Origin: Camelus ferus
Lineage: Eukaryota
DNA length: 64,000 nucleotides
Assembly: GCF_009834535.1 (NCBI RefSeq)
Contig: NC_045696.1
Location: forward strand, 40,672,001 to 40,736,000
Reading direction: 5' to 3'
This document shows positions 62,346 through 64,000 of this stretch, piece after piece (position 1 is the first letter of the stretch; each line of letters starts with the position of its first letter). The notes below the pieces were generated by a model, which made no database searches, was not told the DNA's origin, and was given only the letters and a program-made list of their open reading frames with translations. Position numbers and translations under genes: made by a program.

Positions 62346-64000
62346 GCCCTATTTTTTTAAACAAGAATTCTACACGTCATTTTCACTTTGCAAGTTGGTT
62401 AAATTCATGCCAACTTTCCACTCTTCTTCAGCTTTGTTCCTGGTACACAGAAAATTTTTGGTAAATGTTTGTTAAGTTGACTTGACTTGAATTTCCAGTG
62501 GTGTAGAGAGGTGAGTAGAGAGGGAGAGTTAGAAAGACCAATGGCGTCCTCTTTACTTCCTCTCTGGAGATGGTATGTGTTGGCCAGTTACCATGGCCTC
62601 TAAGAGTTAGTATTTTCAATCTATGATGGATACAGTTTGGAGTGAATAAAATGACTCTCCACTAGAATAAAAGGTACTGTGTATATGCAATATAGGTTTT
62701 TAAGAGCATCTGGTTAGAGTTTAACGTGGCTGAAAGACACTGCTATTTTTTTTTCATGTTTCAATTACCCAAATATGGCTAAAACTGTGCTTTGGAGATT
62801 TTCCAAAATAAAAACTCTTGAGGTGAGAGAAATTTCAGCCCCAACAATAACTTGAAAATTGGAAGTTGGACTAGCAACTGTTTTTTCCAACTGTCTTAAC
62901 TCTGTCACCAATACTATGATGATTTGATTACATGTGACAAGTCTGGTTTCTGGCCATTAAACTGCACACTTTGGCTATAGGCATCACTCTTTCCCTTCTT
63001 TTCTTTAACCATGTGTCGATTTGGGGGCAGCAATGAGAACTATGGAGAAAGCAAGAGGTTTGGGAGTTCAGGCCTTCCCATCAGCCGCCAAGTCATACAG
63101 CTGGCGACCCTGACCTTCTCAGCAGCCTCGTGATTCAGGGCCAGCTGCAAACCAGTCGTGAGGTAGATCACTCTCCATCCTCACAGTCCCCATCGCCCAG
63201 CTTTGTTATTCAGGTGCCATTAGCTTACTTGAACATCAAGGACATCCTGTAAGGGGAAAAGCATCCCCATTGGCAAAGGGCTAGCTGGGAGCCGTACAGA
63301 GCCTGGCACAGAGCAGTCACTCAACAAAGGTGACAGCAAGCACCTGCTGACATCATTATTTTTAGTATTAATATTGGTGAGTCTTACATGGTCAGATACC
63401 AGCTTTCAGATCAACTGTTTCCACTGTTCCTCACCCCCATCAACCCCTCGGGCACTGCTTGACACCTCCTTTAAGTAAAGGCTGTTGTCCTAACTTACTC
63501 CCTGTATTTTAGAGTCATCCCTATTCATGGCACTCTCATTATTCCATCTCCATGTGGCAAGTGGCATTCCTTCTTATTGCCACTCTGAATGTCTTTATTG
63601 AGGGAGATCCATCTTCAGAAGTCCAAAGATGTATACCTACACCATTCTAGCCACACCAGTCATGCCCGGCCTTCCTCCTCTTTCCCATGCAGAGGGTGGA
63701 TTTTGTTACCATCTCACTGCAGGACTTCTCATGACAAAACACAACTCAGTTTCTTCAGGCATCTTATACAGTTTGCTAAAGATCTCCTTGATCTCAAGTG
63801 CCTCATTTTGCTGGAAAGGGAGGAGCATAACACATCTGATTTCTCACTTAGAGAGTTGGGAAATAATCATTTCAGTTAGGGGCCTGGGAGACGCATCTAT
63901 TTGTAAAAGAAAGGGGTTGATATTTCTCTGGCTGTCTGCTTTCTTCCATCTGCCCCCAAGCCCACACTTGGGAGTCATGGCTGGGCATCTCGCTCAATGA

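Overview
AT-rich eutherian genomic DNA, most likely from a camelid (alpaca, llama or camel). The basis is two tRNA-derived Vic-1-type SINEs and camelid-like L1 3' ends, recognised from memory rather than by database search. I found no recognisable multi-exon protein-coding gene, structural RNA gene or CRISPR array. The ORF track holds only short ORFs explained by chance, decayed repeats or the N-gap, so the window looks like deep intron or 5' regulatory DNA. Much of it is old interspersed repeat (MIR, L2, L1M, MLT1, hAT/Tigger MITEs, one ERV1-type LTR fragment), several of them nested. There is one 132-nt assembly gap. Best leads: (1) a ~2.05 kb 3'UTR-like retro-insertion splitting an old L1 at 5984-8035; (2) a composite of two different L1 3' ends inside a single target-site duplication at 59224-59528; (3) a candidate minus-strand promoter and first exon at ~54.7-55.1 kb, with downstream candidate exons including two ATG-bearing phase-2 exons; (4) a candidate 12-nt plus-strand microexon; (5) a consensus CTCF site. 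I could not name the host gene. I see no direct evidence for a wholly new biological system; these leads need alignment and RNA data. Repeat subfamily names and boundaries are by-eye estimates.
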